From positions 6,975 to 70,974 of the forward strand of contig JAKISY010000009.1 of the NCBI GenBank assembly GCA_021648365.1: 64,000 nucleotides of DNA. Reading direction: 5' to 3'. The stretch comes from Verrucomicrobiales bacterium. GTDB lineage: Bacteria > Verrucomicrobiota > Verrucomicrobiia > Verrucomicrobiales > DEV007. The notes below the pieces were generated by a model. That model saw nothing but the letters and a program-made list of their open reading frames with translations. It was not told the origin of the DNA and did no database searches. Shown piece by piece: positions 18,413 to 28,246 of the stretch (position 1 is its first letter; each line of letters begins with the position of its first letter). Position numbers and translations under genes: made by a program.

Positions 18413-19735
18413 ATGAAAGCCCCACACCAACTCCTTACTCACTCACCACTAAAGGCTTGCCTGATATTTTTACTATCAGCACTGTATATGAATCCGCTCT
18501 TCGCCATCCCCAAAGATGCCAATGTCGACGAAGCAAAAGTGCCCAAATTCACCCTGCCCGACCCGCTGACGATGACCGATGGCACGCCTGTGACCTCTTC
18601 TCACCAGTGGAGTGCTCGCCGTCGCGGTGAGATCCTCGACCTATTCAAAGAGCACGTTTATGGCCGTTCGCCAGATGGACTGCCTGCAGGTCTGTCGCAT
18701 CAGGTCACTCAGACCATCCCCAACTTCCTCGACGGCAAAGCTACCCTCAAAGAAATCCGAGTCCTATTCAACGGCAAAAAAGACGGGCCCAAAATGCACA
18801 TCTTATTGATCCTTCCCAATCATACCAAAAAACCAGCGCCAGCCTTTCTCGGACTTAACTTCAGCGGCAACCACAGCATCCACCCCGATTCACGTATCAC
18901 CTTATCAAAATCCTGGATGCGCCCGAAAAAAGACGGCAGCGTCATCGATCACAAAGCTACCGAAAAAGCACGCGGAGCCAGTTCTAGCCGTTGGCCTGTG
19001 GAAACCATCATTGACCGAGGTTACGCCCTAGCCACCATCTATTACGGAGACATCGATCCTGACTTTGACGACGATTTCAAAAACGGCGTGCAACCACTCT
19101 TCTACCGTGAAGGACAAAAAAAACCCGCAGCCAATGAATGGGGCTCCATCGGCGCTTGGTCTTGGGGCTTGAGCCGCGCCCTCGACTACCTCGAAAGCGA
19201 CCCAACCATCGATGCGAAAAAAGTGAGCGTGCTCGGCCACTCACGCCTCGGCAAAACCTCACTGTGGGCGGGCGCCCAGGACCAACGTTTTGCCATCGTC
19301 ATCTCCAATGACTCAGGCTGTGGCGGTGCCGCCCTCAGTCGACGCCGTTTTGGAGAAAAAGTGAAACGCATCAATACCTCCTTCCCCCATTGGTTCAACG
19401 ACCGATTCAATCAATACAATGACAACGAAAATGCCCTGCCCATCGATCAACATCAACTCATCAGCCTGATCGCACCTCGCCCCGTTTACATCGCCAGCGC
19501 CTCCGAAGATCTCTGGGCCGATCCCACAGGCGAGTTCCTCTCAGGCAAATACGCCGAACCCGTCTATGCGCTGTTTGGCAAAAAAGGACTCGGCTGTGAT
19601 CAACCTCCAGCCGTCGATCACCCCGTCGGTGACTTCATTCGCTACCACCGGCGCAGCGGCAAACACGACCTCACCGCTTACGACTGGGCACAATACCTCG
19701 ACTTTGCCGATCGTCATTTGATCAAAAATAAATAG
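18413..19735 (+). CDS. CE15-like glucuronoyl esterase (alpha/beta hydrolase)
   Basis: Signal peptide present. VLGHSRLGKTSLWAGAQDQRFAIVISNDSGCGGAALSRRRFGE matches the bacterial CE15 nucleophile region (GHSRLGK). Confidence 0.7.
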   Translation: MKAPHQLLTHSPLKACLIFLLSALYMNPLFAIPKDANVDEAKVPKFTLPDPLTMTDGTPVTSSHQWSARRRGEILDLFKEHVYGRSPDGLPAGLSHQVTQTIPNFLDGKATLKEIRVLFNGKKDGPKMHILLILPNHTKKPAPAFLGLNFSGNHSIHPDSRITLSKSWMRPKKDGSVIDHKATEKARGASSSRWPVETIIDRGYALATIYYGDIDPDFDDDFKNGVQPLFYREGQKKPAANEWGSIGAWSWGLSRALDYLESDPTIDAKKVSVLGHSRLGKTSLWAGAQDQRFAIVISNDSGCGGAALSRRRFGEKVKRINTSFPHWFNDRFNQYNDNENALPIDQHQLISLIAPRPVYIASASEDLWADPTGEFLSGKYAEPVYALFGKKGLGCDQPPAVDHPVGDFIRYHRRSGKHDLTAYDWAQYLDFADRHLIKNK

Positions 19736-19788
19736 CCCCACGCAATTTAACTTCTTACTTCCCACCCCAACTTTAAGTCACACCTACC

Positions 19789-20325
19789 ATGCAAAGCACA
19801 CTCATTATCACCATCATCGGACCCGACCGCCCGGGACTAGTCGAAACCATCTCCAACACCGTCACCCAAAACGGAGGCAATTGGCTGCAAAGCCAGATGG
19901 CACATCTGGCAGGACAATTTGCCGGCATCTTGCAAATTTCCGTAGCCACCGATACTGCTGAGCAACTCAGTAGTGCTCTCAACAAGCTCGAAAACAATGG
20001 GCTTTCCGTTTCCGTCGCCACTGGAAAAAAAGCAGATCTAGAGCAAATCGACCACAGCGGTTCACGCCTACTATTAGAAGTGATCGGCCAAGACCAACCC
20101 GGCATCGTTCGCAAAATCTCCGCAGTCATCGCCGCCCATTCAGGCAACGTCGAAGAGCTCAATACCAAACTCACCAGCGCCCCTTGGTCAGGCGAGACCC
20201 TCTTCCAAGCCAACGCCGTCCTCCACCTCCCAGAAGGACAATGCCTAGATGACTTCCGCAGCGACCTCGAAGCGATCACCCAAGATCTCATGGTCGATCT
20301 AAGCCTAGTCCAGCAGGTCAAATAA
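19789..20325 (+). CDS. glycine cleavage system regulator GcvR-like, tandem ACT domains
   Basis: Two ACT-like halves: MQSTLIITIIGPDRPGLVETIS... and ...LLLEVIGQDQPGIVRKIS. 178 aa. Confidence 0.75.
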   Translation: MQSTLIITIIGPDRPGLVETISNTVTQNGGNWLQSQMAHLAGQFAGILQISVATDTAEQLSSALNKLENNGLSVSVATGKKADLEQIDHSGSRLLLEVIGQDQPGIVRKISAVIAAHSGNVEELNTKLTSAPWSGETLFQANAVLHLPEGQCLDDFRSDLEAITQDLMVDLSLVQQVK

Positions 20326-20531
20326 AGCTCATTTTTGTGGAGTGCGCGCGGCTCGACGCCGCCTTTCCATAGCCTCAGAGAGCAGCCATCGGATGCCCAT
20401 ATCCCGATGCCATTGCGTCCCACATCTCCACCACTTCACTTCCCAATTCGTTATCAGCGAAGCGCTTATCGTTGTCGTAATCAATCCCAACGTATTCAAC
20501 AACGAATACGATTTTCCAAAAAAAACCTACC

Positions 20532-20563
20532 CTCAATGTGAAACAGCTTTCCAAGCTGTCTCC
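20532..20563. repeat. second copy of the 32-nt REP-like hairpin block
   Basis: The sequence ctcaatgtgAaacagCtttccaaGctgtctcc differs from 9692..9723 at a paired stem position (G-C becomes C-G) plus one unpaired base. It lies between convergent genes. Confidence 0.7.
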
Positions 20564-20571
20564 CATCCCCT

Positions 20572-21165
20572 TCACCCTCTATCATCCTGAGCAGAATAAT
20601 AGCCAACCAAATCTTCCACCGACATATCCTCAGCGGACACTCCAGCAAGTCCGCTGCCCTGTTCGGCAACTGCACTCGGGGCTGGCGTTGCCAGAATCTC
20701 CACCCGCGCTGTTTCATCCACCTTTTCTCGGCTCACTTCACGATCTTTAGCCAACGAAATCGGCACCGTATCCAGTGACACCGCATCACTCACCTTAGCT
20801 GTTACTGGCTCTGGTTCATCCGCAGCAATCAAATCCGCCATATGCGCCCGCGCAGCCTTCGCTAGAAAATCAATCTCATCACTCATCAAGTGCATAAAGA
20901 TCAAACGGTAATTCTCCATCGAAACCGCAAGCAAGTTACCGCCATCGTAACCAAAAGCCATCTGATCCACCACTCGCCCCTGTGCTTTGAACTCCTTGGT
21001 CAAGCCCTCCACCACACGGCACACCTTCACCAAGCGAGCCGCCGAATAGGGGAAATTCTCATAGCTCACATCTCCGTCTTTTAACAGACAAACCCCTCGC
21101 ACCGTTCCCGAAGCTAACAAAGCCTCCAAAGGTTTATTGCTGATAGTCGTATCACCCATATCCAA
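20572..21165 (-). CDS. hypothetical protein, roadblock/LC7-like N-terminal domain with acidic disordered tail (tentative)
   Basis: 197-aa ORF. The pattern GTVRGVCLLKDGDV...GGNLLAVSMENYRLIFMHL fits the alpha-beta-alpha roadblock pattern only loosely. The C-terminal ~75 aa are low-complexity and acidic. Confidence 0.45.
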   Translation of the reverse strand: MDMGDTTISNKPLEALLASGTVRGVCLLKDGDVSYENFPYSAARLVKVCRVVEGLTKEFKAQGRVVDQMAFGYDGGNLLAVSMENYRLIFMHLMSDEIDFLAKAARAHMADLIAADEPEPVTAKVSDAVSLDTVPISLAKDREVSREKVDETARVEILATPAPSAVAEQGSGLAGVSAEDMSVEDLVGYYSAQDDRG

Positions 21166-21178
21166 ATTAGCTATCAGC

Positions 21179-21658
21179 TCAAACCGCGTCTCCCATCACT
21201 TTTAATAACTTCCGCATCGGCATGCGCTTGTTCACCATCGCACCAATCAAATGCGGATCTCGTGGACTCGAAGTCGAGTCGTAGCGGTAAGCGATCGCAG
21301 AATTGCCATCGTAAATAGCGACATAGCCAATCGTCTCCATTCCCAATTCCTCCCCAATCGCCTCACTGCCCTCTTTCATTACGTTCAAATCACGCGCAAT
21401 CGCAGCCTCCTCCGCATGCCCAGTGCGACCTCTGATCCCATGGGCAGAGACACCAAAAAGCCGTGGCGTCTCGCTAGCGAGCGCCTCCTCGAGCACCGTT
21501 ACTGGTGATTCTCCCGGCGTTATCGGCTGGGTAAAATCACTACGGTCATTTTTTTCAACTGGCTCTGTTTCCATGAAATCAGAACTTTCCGGTTCAATAA
21601 GTGCTTCCACAATACGGGTATCTATGTATCTATTTATAATGTGCCTCGATGCCCCCAA
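21179..21658 (-). CDS. hypothetical protein, possible roadblock/LC7-like domain (tentative)
   Basis: 159-aa ORF (alternative start METEP at 21574). Acidic N-terminus, then a ~100-aa globular part (GYVAIYDGNSAIAYRY). It is 13 nt upstream of the previous gene, so they probably form an operon. Confidence 0.4.
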   Translation of the reverse strand: MGASRHIINRYIDTRIVEALIEPESSDFMETEPVEKNDRSDFTQPITPGESPVTVLEEALASETPRLFGVSAHGIRGRTGHAEEAAIARDLNVMKEGSEAIGEELGMETIGYVAIYDGNSAIAYRYDSTSSPRDPHLIGAMVNKRMPMRKLLKVMGDAV

Positions 21659-21741
21659 GACTTCCGAAGCATACGCATTTTCAAATCTGTCGTCGACACT
21701 TTTTTTACTTTTCTTTGATTTATCTTCAAGAGTTCAAAAAA

Positions 21742-23112
21742 TCACAAAGCCTTTTCAAAAATATCTTTTTTATTTCCCTGCAGGATATTTCTCTCCCCTT
21801 CGGAGCGCCCAATAATAACGGCACCGCAAGAATCGCTGAAAATGTTCACCACCGTGCGCGACATATCGAGCAGGCGATCCACCGCCAACAAAACCGCCAT
21901 CGCCGCCGCTGGGTTCAACCCGGGGATGTTGGCGCTTTTGAAAATAATCAAAATCGCCACCAAACTCGCCGACGGCACCCCCGCCACCCCGATACTGGTG
22001 ATCAGCGCCATGAAAACAATCGCAAACTGCTCAGGCATCGTCAGCGGATATCCCAAGACCTGCGTGGTGAAGATCACCGCCACGCACTCATACAGCGCCG
22101 TGCCGTCCATATTCACCGTCGCCCCCAGCGGCAGCACAAAACTGGTCGTGCGCCGTGATACCCCAGAGTTATCGATCACACAACGCATCGTCACTGGCAA
22201 CGTCGCCGAAGACGAAGATGTCGAAAAGGCCGTCAGCATCGCCTCCTTCATCGCCTTAAAATGACGCCAAGGACTGACTCGTCCCAGCGTTTTGAGCAAA
22301 ATCGGCAAGACCACAAACATGTGAATACCCAGAGCCAACAGCACCACCAGAAAATACTTCAGCAAGGTGCCAAACAAAGTCGATAAACCCGTCTCAGCCA
22401 TCACCGGCACGATCAAAGCAAACACCCCAATCGGCGCAAAGATCATTACCCCGCGAGTGATCGTGATCATCAAATCATTCAAAGCGACAAAAAAGTGCTG
22501 CATCACCTCCGCACTCTCCCCCTTCATGTGCGTCATCGCCGCCCCAAAGACAATACTAAAAAAAATCAAACCCAGCATTTGCCCCTCCGCCGCAGCTTTA
22601 ACGATATTGGTAGGCACCATGCTCTTGAACACATCGAGGATCGTCTTCGTTCCGTTACTCGCCCTCTCACTAGCAGCCTCCACCTTGGCGTTGGGGTTTT
22701 CGCTCAGCTTCTGCGCTTCATTATCGAACATCTTACGGATCACCGGATTGGGCTCGCCTCCCTTAAAACCGGGTTTCATCACATTGACCACCGCCAAACC
22801 GATGAGAATCGCCAACAAACTGGTCAGCGCATAATACATCAACGTCTTCAAACCCATGCGCCCAAAGCCCTCCATTTTGCCGAGTCCCGCGATCCCCGTC
22901 ACAATCGATGAAACGATCAAAGGTACAATCACCATCTTCAGCGCACTCATGAAGATCGTGCCAAAAAAGCGGCAACTCTCGATCACAAAGTGACCAAAAC
23001 CACTTTGCCCGTTGGCATCGTGACTGTCATGACCTAATGCCGCCCCAGCGATCGCAGCCAGTGCCAAGGCAATCAAAATTTGCCAGTGAGGTTTGAGCTT
23101 GAGTAAAAACAT
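21742..23112 (-). CDS. dicarboxylate/amino acid:cation symporter (DAACS / GltP family)
   Basis: Start at MFLLKLKPHWQIL. Motifs SSSATLP, PLGATVNMDGTALYE, GVAGVPSASL and DRLLDMSRTVVN. Confidence 0.9.
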   Translation of the reverse strand: MFLLKLKPHWQILIALALAAIAGAALGHDSHDANGQSGFGHFVIESCRFFGTIFMSALKMVIVPLIVSSIVTGIAGLGKMEGFGRMGLKTLMYYALTSLLAILIGLAVVNVMKPGFKGGEPNPVIRKMFDNEAQKLSENPNAKVEAASERASNGTKTILDVFKSMVPTNIVKAAAEGQMLGLIFFSIVFGAAMTHMKGESAEVMQHFFVALNDLMITITRGVMIFAPIGVFALIVPVMAETGLSTLFGTLLKYFLVVLLALGIHMFVVLPILLKTLGRVSPWRHFKAMKEAMLTAFSTSSSSATLPVTMRCVIDNSGVSRRTTSFVLPLGATVNMDGTALYECVAVIFTTQVLGYPLTMPEQFAIVFMALITSIGVAGVPSASLVAILIIFKSANIPGLNPAAAMAVLLAVDRLLDMSRTVVNIFSDSCGAVIIGRSEGERNILQGNKKDIFEKAL

Positions 23113-23285
23113 TGGCAGAGAATCGGAAGAGAATAAAAAAGCGCGGCAATCGCCAGCTCTTAGAACCATGGAGACGATCCCTCAATTGTCTAATGCTTAA
23201 TTTCTATTTATAAATCTCACTTGCAAGACAGCGAAACCACGTCTTTTGTAGCCACTCCAACCCATAGTTAAAACAACCTATTCAC

Positions 23286-24464
23286 ATGAAAGTATTTTCA
23301 AAAACACTTCTTACCTTTGCCGTGGCAGTCACCTCCACCTCGATGCTACAAGCCGAGCCCACCGAAGCCACTGACCTTTTCACCCAAGGCGATTCCGATC
23401 GTCCGCTCTACCGCTACCCTGGTCTAGTCAAAAGCAAAGCAGGCACTTTGATCGCTGTAGCAGAAGGACGCAAAAATAAAGCATCAGGATGGGACACCGT
23501 CGATATCTTCATGCGCACCTCCAAAGACGCCGGCAAAACTTGGAGCGATGTCAAACAAATCACCAAAGCACCCGCCGATGCCAAAGACAACCCCGTCTCA
23601 CTGACGTTGAAAAAGCCCGCGCACGCTGGTGAAATCGCCACCCACAACCCCACCTTGATCGCCGATCAAAAAAACGGCGGCATTCACATCCTCTACGGTG
23701 TTGAATACAACCGCGTTTTCCACATGACCGCCGATGATAACGGCGAAGGACTCACCGAGCCCGTTGAAATCACCAAAGTTTTCGAAGAATTCAAAAGCGA
23801 AGTCGATTGGAAACTGATCGCCGTAGGACCCGGAACTGGCGCGCAGCTGAAAAGCGGACGCCTCGTGGTACCCGTTTGGCTGTCCCTCGGCAAAGGAGGC
23901 ATCGGCTTCCAACCAGCCGCCACCGCCACCATCTACAGCGATGACAACGGCAAAACCTGGAAACGCGGTGAGATCGTCGCTTTCGACCTCGACATCACCA
24001 ACGCCAAAACTGGCACTAAAATCGAAAAACCGCTTGAAGCAGCCGTCGCGCAGACAGCTGACGGCTCCGTGGTTATTAACATCCGCAACAAAGACCTCAA
24101 AGGCATGCGCATCCAAGCCACCAGCAAAGACGGTGCTACTGGATGGAGCGAAGCAGCAGGCATCAAAGGTCTGCTAGAGCCGATGTGTCAAGGTAGCCTA
24201 GTCAATACCAAAGCTGGATTGATTTTTGCCAACCCAGCCAACATGATCATGCGTATGAAACTCACCGCCCGTCTCAGCACCGACAACGGCAAAACCTACG
24301 CCAGCTCACAAGTGATCGACAGCGGCATCGCTGGTTACACCTCGCTCGCAGCAGGTGAAGGCGACAGTGTCCACATCCTCTACGAACGCGGAGCGAACAT
24401 GTCCGAATCCGAACCAGAAGCAATCACCTTCCGCAGCTTCTCAAGTGCTGATTTCAAAAAATAA
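23286..24464 (+). CDS. exo-alpha-sialidase (GH33)
   Basis: Signal peptide and an RIP-like YRYPGL motif. Four Asp-box/BNR repeats: SKDAGKTW, SDDNGKTW, SKDGATGW and STDNGKTY. Confidence 0.85.
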   Translation: MKVFSKTLLTFAVAVTSTSMLQAEPTEATDLFTQGDSDRPLYRYPGLVKSKAGTLIAVAEGRKNKASGWDTVDIFMRTSKDAGKTWSDVKQITKAPADAKDNPVSLTLKKPAHAGEIATHNPTLIADQKNGGIHILYGVEYNRVFHMTADDNGEGLTEPVEITKVFEEFKSEVDWKLIAVGPGTGAQLKSGRLVVPVWLSLGKGGIGFQPAATATIYSDDNGKTWKRGEIVAFDLDITNAKTGTKIEKPLEAAVAQTADGSVVINIRNKDLKGMRIQATSKDGATGWSEAAGIKGLLEPMCQGSLVNTKAGLIFANPANMIMRMKLTARLSTDNGKTYASSQVIDSGIAGYTSLAAGEGDSVHILYERGANMSESEPEAITFRSFSSADFKK

Positions 24465-24487
24465 GCGTCCAGTGTTTTAAAAAAATC

Positions 24488-24524
24488 GGGTTGGCGTGAT
24501 GCAAATCACCCGACCCCTTTTTTT
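24488..24524 (+). terminator. Rho-independent terminator of the sialidase gene
   Basis: GGGTTGGCGTGAT-GCAA-ATCACCCGACCC stem-loop followed by seven T residues. Confidence 0.7.
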
Positions 24525-24533
24525 GCCCCCATC

Positions 24534-24582
24534 TCAGATTTCAGATTTCAGATTTCAAATCTCAAATCTCAAATCTCAAATT
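24534..24582. repeat. heptanucleotide tandem array (TCAGATT)3(TCAAATC)3TCAAATT
   Basis: Seven consecutive 7-nt units end 7 nt before the ATG at 24590. The two blocks are near reverse complements of each other (AGATTT/AAATCT). Confidence 0.85.
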
Positions 24583-24589
24583 CTTCCTC

Positions 24590-25228
24590 ATGAAACTCCT
24601 ATCCGTCAATCGCTCCCTACCGCAAAACATCGAGTGGCAGGGCAAGACCATCGCCACTGGTATCTTTAAGATACCAGTAACTGATGCAGTCATGATCACC
24701 GCCGACGGACTCTATGGCGACGACCAAGCAGACCTCAGCGTTCATGGAGGCATCGACAAAGCCGTCTATCTGTTCCCCCACGAACACCACGCCTACTTCG
24801 CCGACCTGCTCGGGCGGCCAGTCACCGATTTCAACTACGGTCAATTCGGAGAAAATCTTAGCACCCAAGGACTGCTCGAAAGCGAGACCATGATCGGCGA
24901 CCGCTTCCGCATCGGCGACACCGCAGAGTTCGAAGTCTCCCAACCACGAGAACCCTGCTTCAAACTAGGCATCGCCCTGCAAGCCCCGCAAATCCTACGC
25001 CCCTTTTTGAAAAGCCTGAAAACAGGCTTCTACCTGCGCGTGCTCACCGCCGGAACCATCCAAAGCGGAGATCCCCTCAAGCAGATCCACCACGCAAAAA
25101 ACTCCCTCAGCGTCGCACAGATCACCCGCCTGCGATACTTCGACCAAGAGAACCACCACCAACGACAACAAGCAGCCAACTTACCCGCACTCACCCAAAG
25201 CTGGCGAGAATCCTTTGGCTCAAACTAA
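24590..25228 (+). CDS. MOSC domain-containing protein (YiiM-like)
   Basis: Motifs DQADLSVHGGIDKAVYLF, GENL, FRIGDTAEFEVSQPREPCFKLG and GFYLRVL. Confidence 0.85.
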   Translation: MKLLSVNRSLPQNIEWQGKTIATGIFKIPVTDAVMITADGLYGDDQADLSVHGGIDKAVYLFPHEHHAYFADLLGRPVTDFNYGQFGENLSTQGLLESETMIGDRFRIGDTAEFEVSQPREPCFKLGIALQAPQILRPFLKSLKTGFYLRVLTAGTIQSGDPLKQIHHAKNSLSVAQITRLRYFDQENHHQRQQAANLPALTQSWRESFGSN

Positions 25229-25340
25229 CCAACATCCCTGCTCCCTCCATTTGTAGCGCAGCCGATCCAGCTGCTTCCTCATCAGTTGCCTGATCAAACA
25301 AAGCCGTTTAATCCAACTAGCATTTTCTACTTGTGCTATC

Positions 25341-25598
25341 GTGCTACCAGTGAAAATGTCTTTGGTTTTGGATGAAAGTAACTTTCGAGACAAGTTATCA
25401 ATTTGGACTTATGTATTCCTTGTTGTTGTTATTTTTGCCTGTTTTATTTTGGCAAAATGGACTCGAGAAGGTTACTCAAAACTTACCTTTAGGGTAGGGA
25501 TTTTTGGCTTAGTCAATCTGTTACTCATTTTAGCTTCGCCTGCGCCGTGCGCTTCTATTTACTGGGTATTTTTACACTGTAATACGCGTTCCTCATAA
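25341..25598 (+). CDS. possible small two-TM membrane protein (hypothetical)
   Basis: 85-aa ORF (GTG start, ATG at 25356) with two hydrophobic segments. AT-rich, with no homology recognised. Confidence 0.3.
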   Translation: MLPVKMSLVLDESNFRDKLSIWTYVFLVVVIFACFILAKWTREGYSKLTFRVGIFGLVNLLLILASPAPCASIYWVFLHCNTRSS

Positions 25599-25971
25599 AC
25601 TTCGCGTGATTCATAGTTGGTAGGGGATTTTTCACCATGAAGAAATTGAAGGACGGGAAGGCAGGACGGAATAAGGGTTCTGTATTTTGAGTTTAGTATT
25701 CTTCATGAACTTCGTGTGCTTCATGGTGAATTGTGTTTCTGAGGATAACTGCGCAAAACGGTACAGAATAACCTCTCTCCATGTCTGGCGTTCTGAACAT
25801 CGATTCCAGAAACTGCAAAACGAACGCGCCAGAAAAACCTAGGACCGTTACGCCGCTGCCCCGCGCTTCCGCGAAACAAGATACCTACCGCTAATAGAAA
25901 CCCATAGCACAGGTTGAACATCTGTTTCACAGTGTTCCTGTGAAACAGTCTAGGCAGTGAGGAACCTCCCC

Positions 25972-27981
25972 CTAAGATCTTCCACGACCGCCGTCGCGTC
26001 CACGACCACCGCCGCCGCCGCGCTCTTTCCATCCACCGCTTCGTCCGCCACGATCTTCACGTCCACTGCGTCCGCCTCGATCTTCACGATCGCCCTTCCA
26101 CTCTCCACCTCGACCACCACTTTCATCTCCATCACCCCCACTATTTCCCTCTCCTCGGTCATGACCTAACTTGAATTCCCTACCTCCCAGACGAGATTTG
26201 CGGGTCTTCATCAAAAGTTCGTCCACTACATCGTGATTCACCTCAATCGTGCTGTGGTCGTCATGGATCTTAATTTTTCCCAAAGTGCCATTGGGAATAC
26301 CCGCTTCGCAGTAGCACATGCCAGCAATGTCACCAGGCTTCATGCCTGCTTTTTTCCCTAAGCTCAAATACAAAACCGCCTTATCTCCAGCCACTTTTGT
26401 TTCGCTTCTGTAATTACTAGGTCCTTCCGAGCGATCTCTAGGTTGGCGATCCTCTCGCTCACCTCGACCACCTCGATCGTCTCTAGAACGCTCACGACCA
26501 CGGTCATTGCGATCCCCTCTACCGCCATCGCGACGATCACCACCATCTCGGCGCCCTCTTTCACCACCATCGCGGCGCCCTCTTTCATTACGGCCTCCAC
26601 GATCACCACGATCACCACGATCACCACGATCACGATCCCTTCCCGGACGTTCTGGGCGATCTTCTTCGATGAATTGCCCTTCACGATTACCTTGAGCTTC
26701 CTTCAACAAAGTGAACAGCGCTCCTGCTATGTCCGTCGCCGAATGATCTTGATCAAGCAGGCGTTGCACCAGCTCTTCGTATGCTTTAAAATCGCCACCC
26801 TCCAAACGCTCTTTCACTGTGTCAAATAGCAGATCAGCACGTTTGCCCTCGACCTGTTCTTGAGACGGGATCTTCCTGCGCTCAATTTTTTGACGAATGA
26901 AACGCTCAATCGTCTGCAAGCGATAAATCTCACGACCAAACACAAAACTGATAGCTCTACCCGAACGCCCAGCGCGACCGGTACGACCAATGCGATGCAC
27001 ATAATCCTCTGGATCGTAAGGAATATCAAAATTGAACACAATATCGATGTCATCGACATCCAAACCACGCGCAGCCACATCGGTAGCTACCAAAATCTCC
27101 ACCTGCCCATCACGGAAACGTTTCAACACTCGCTCGCGCAGATTCTGACTGATATCACCATGCAGGCGATCAGCAGAGTAACCGCGCCCAATCAACGCCT
27201 CGGTGCATTCATCCACCATGCGTTTGGTGCTGCAAAAAACAATCGCCAAGCGCGGCGGATCCATATCCAGCAAGCGCGACAAAGCCTCCAATTTCGAGCG
27301 ACGGCGAACTTCGTAATAACACTGGTCAATCGAATCCACCGTCAGTGCCTTGCGCTCCACCTCGATTGTTTGAGGGTCAGTCGAATAGCGGCGAGTCAAT
27401 TTCTCCACCTGCGGATTCATCGTCGCCGAGAAAAACGACGTCTGTCGATCCTTCGGCATATCCTTGAGCAAATCCTCCATGTCATCCTTGAATCCCATGT
27501 CGAGCATGCGATCAGCTTCGTCCAAAACGATGCACTTGATGTTTTCTGTAGGGAAAGTCCGGCGACGCAAGTGGTCGAGCAAACGACCAGGCGTGCCTAC
27601 CACAATATGCGTGCCCTGACGCAACGCGCGAATTTGACGATCAATCGCAGTCCCGCCATACACTGGCACCGCACGTAATCCTCGCATTTTAGAGCCCAAA
27701 CGATGCACCTCATCACACACCTGCATACACAACTCACGAGTCGGGCAGATGATCAAACACTGCGTTTTGGATAAATTGAGATCTATCTTCTGCAATACAG
27801 GCAAAGTGAATGCTGCCGTTTTCCCAGACCCAGTCTGCGACAAACCAATCAAATCCGTGCCCTCCAAAGCGGGAGGAATTGCCAAGGCCTGAATCGGCGA
27901 AGGTTTCTCATACCCTAGCACTTCAATAGCCGCTAAGATTTCATCCGATAAGCCTAGTTCTTTAAATGACGGTGTTTCCAT
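25972..27981 (-). CDS. deaD: DEAD-box ATP-dependent RNA helicase (DeaD/CsdA-like) with DbpA-type RNA-binding domain flanked by RGG/RD-rich low-complexity regions
   Basis: Motifs: Q motif PSPIQ, GSGKT, PTRELC, DEAD, SAT and [10 protein letters not shown]. These are followed by an [17 protein letters not shown]... tract, a DbpA-like fold ([18 protein letters not shown]...) and a terminal RGG tail. Confidence 0.9.
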   Translation of the reverse strand: METPSFKELGLSDEILAAIEVLGYEKPSPIQALAIPPALEGTDLIGLSQTGSGKTAAFTLPVLQKIDLNLSKTQCLIICPTRELCMQVCDEVHRLGSKMRGLRAVPVYGGTAIDRQIRALRQGTHIVVGTPGRLLDHLRRRTFPTENIKCIVLDEADRMLDMGFKDDMEDLLKDMPKDRQTSFFSATMNPQVEKLTRRYSTDPQTIEVERKALTVDSIDQCYYEVRRRSKLEALSRLLDMDPPRLAIVFCSTKRMVDECTEALIGRGYSADRLHGDISQNLRERVLKRFRDGQVEILVATDVAARGLDVDDIDIVFNFDIPYDPEDYVHRIGRTGRAGRSGRAISFVFGREIYRLQTIERFIRQKIERRKIPSQEQVEGKRADLLFDTVKERLEGGDFKAYEELVQRLLDQDHSATDIAGALFTLLKEAQGNREGQFIEEDRPERPGRDRDRGDRGDRGDRGGRNERGRRDGGERGRRDGGDRRDGGRGDRNDRGRERSRDDRGGRGEREDRQPRDRSEGPSNYRSETKVAGDKAVLYLSLGKKAGMKPGDIAGMCYCEAGIPNGTLGKIKIHDDHSTIEVNHDVVDELLMKTRKSRLGGREFKLGHDRGEGNSGGDGDESGGRGGEWKGDREDRGGRSGREDRGGRSGGWKERGGGGGRGRDGGRGRS

Positions 27982-28171
27982 CTGTAGATAATATAAAAAG
28001 TTTCAAAACCACGGCACACATCACGATTTCATGTTTCAGCACGCCTCCGTAGGAGGAAAGTCTCCAGTTCGAGCAGCACCTATCGCCTCGATTCCCCCTA
28101 TTTGCAACGCAAATCGAGCAAGCCCCCTCGCTTTTTAATATCTCCCCATCTTTTTCAAATCATCAAGCCAC

Positions 28172-28204
28172 AAAAAACGCCGTCCCTCGATTAGAAGGAC
28201 GGCG
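28172..28204 (-). terminator. Rho-independent terminator of the small secreted protein gene
   Basis: On the minus strand, CGCCGTCC-loop-GGACGGCG is followed by TTTTTT, about 40 nt after the stop at 28247. Confidence 0.7.
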
Positions 28205-28246
28205 TGAATTTTTCCCTGCATCAAACAGGGTAATCCTGTAAAAGAA

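Noticed and set aside
19773-20423. 216-aa ORF antisense to the GcvR-like gene. Similar long antisense ORFs occur at 47913..48557, 34940..35584, 50420..50980, 23598..24116, 26860..27678, 10184..10744 and 39839..40405.
   Set aside because: Each lies entirely opposite a gene with clear family motifs. Their sequences are low-complexity (R/H/P/S-rich) with no recognisable motifs. This is the typical shadow-ORF artefact of biased codon usage.
24534-24582. Heptad array, and the 9-nt repeats at 26597..26632, as a possible CRISPR array.
   Set aside because: The units are 7 to 9 nt with no spacers. The second set is coding sequence for an RGD/RD-rich tract. No cas genes are present.
25631-25730. Inverted repeat TTCACCATGAAG...CTTCATGGTGAA and related TCATRAACTTCGYGTG units as a candidate structured RNA or MITE.
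   Set aside because: No target-site duplication or second copy was found in the window. It is probably another short dispersed repeat, with too little evidence to call.
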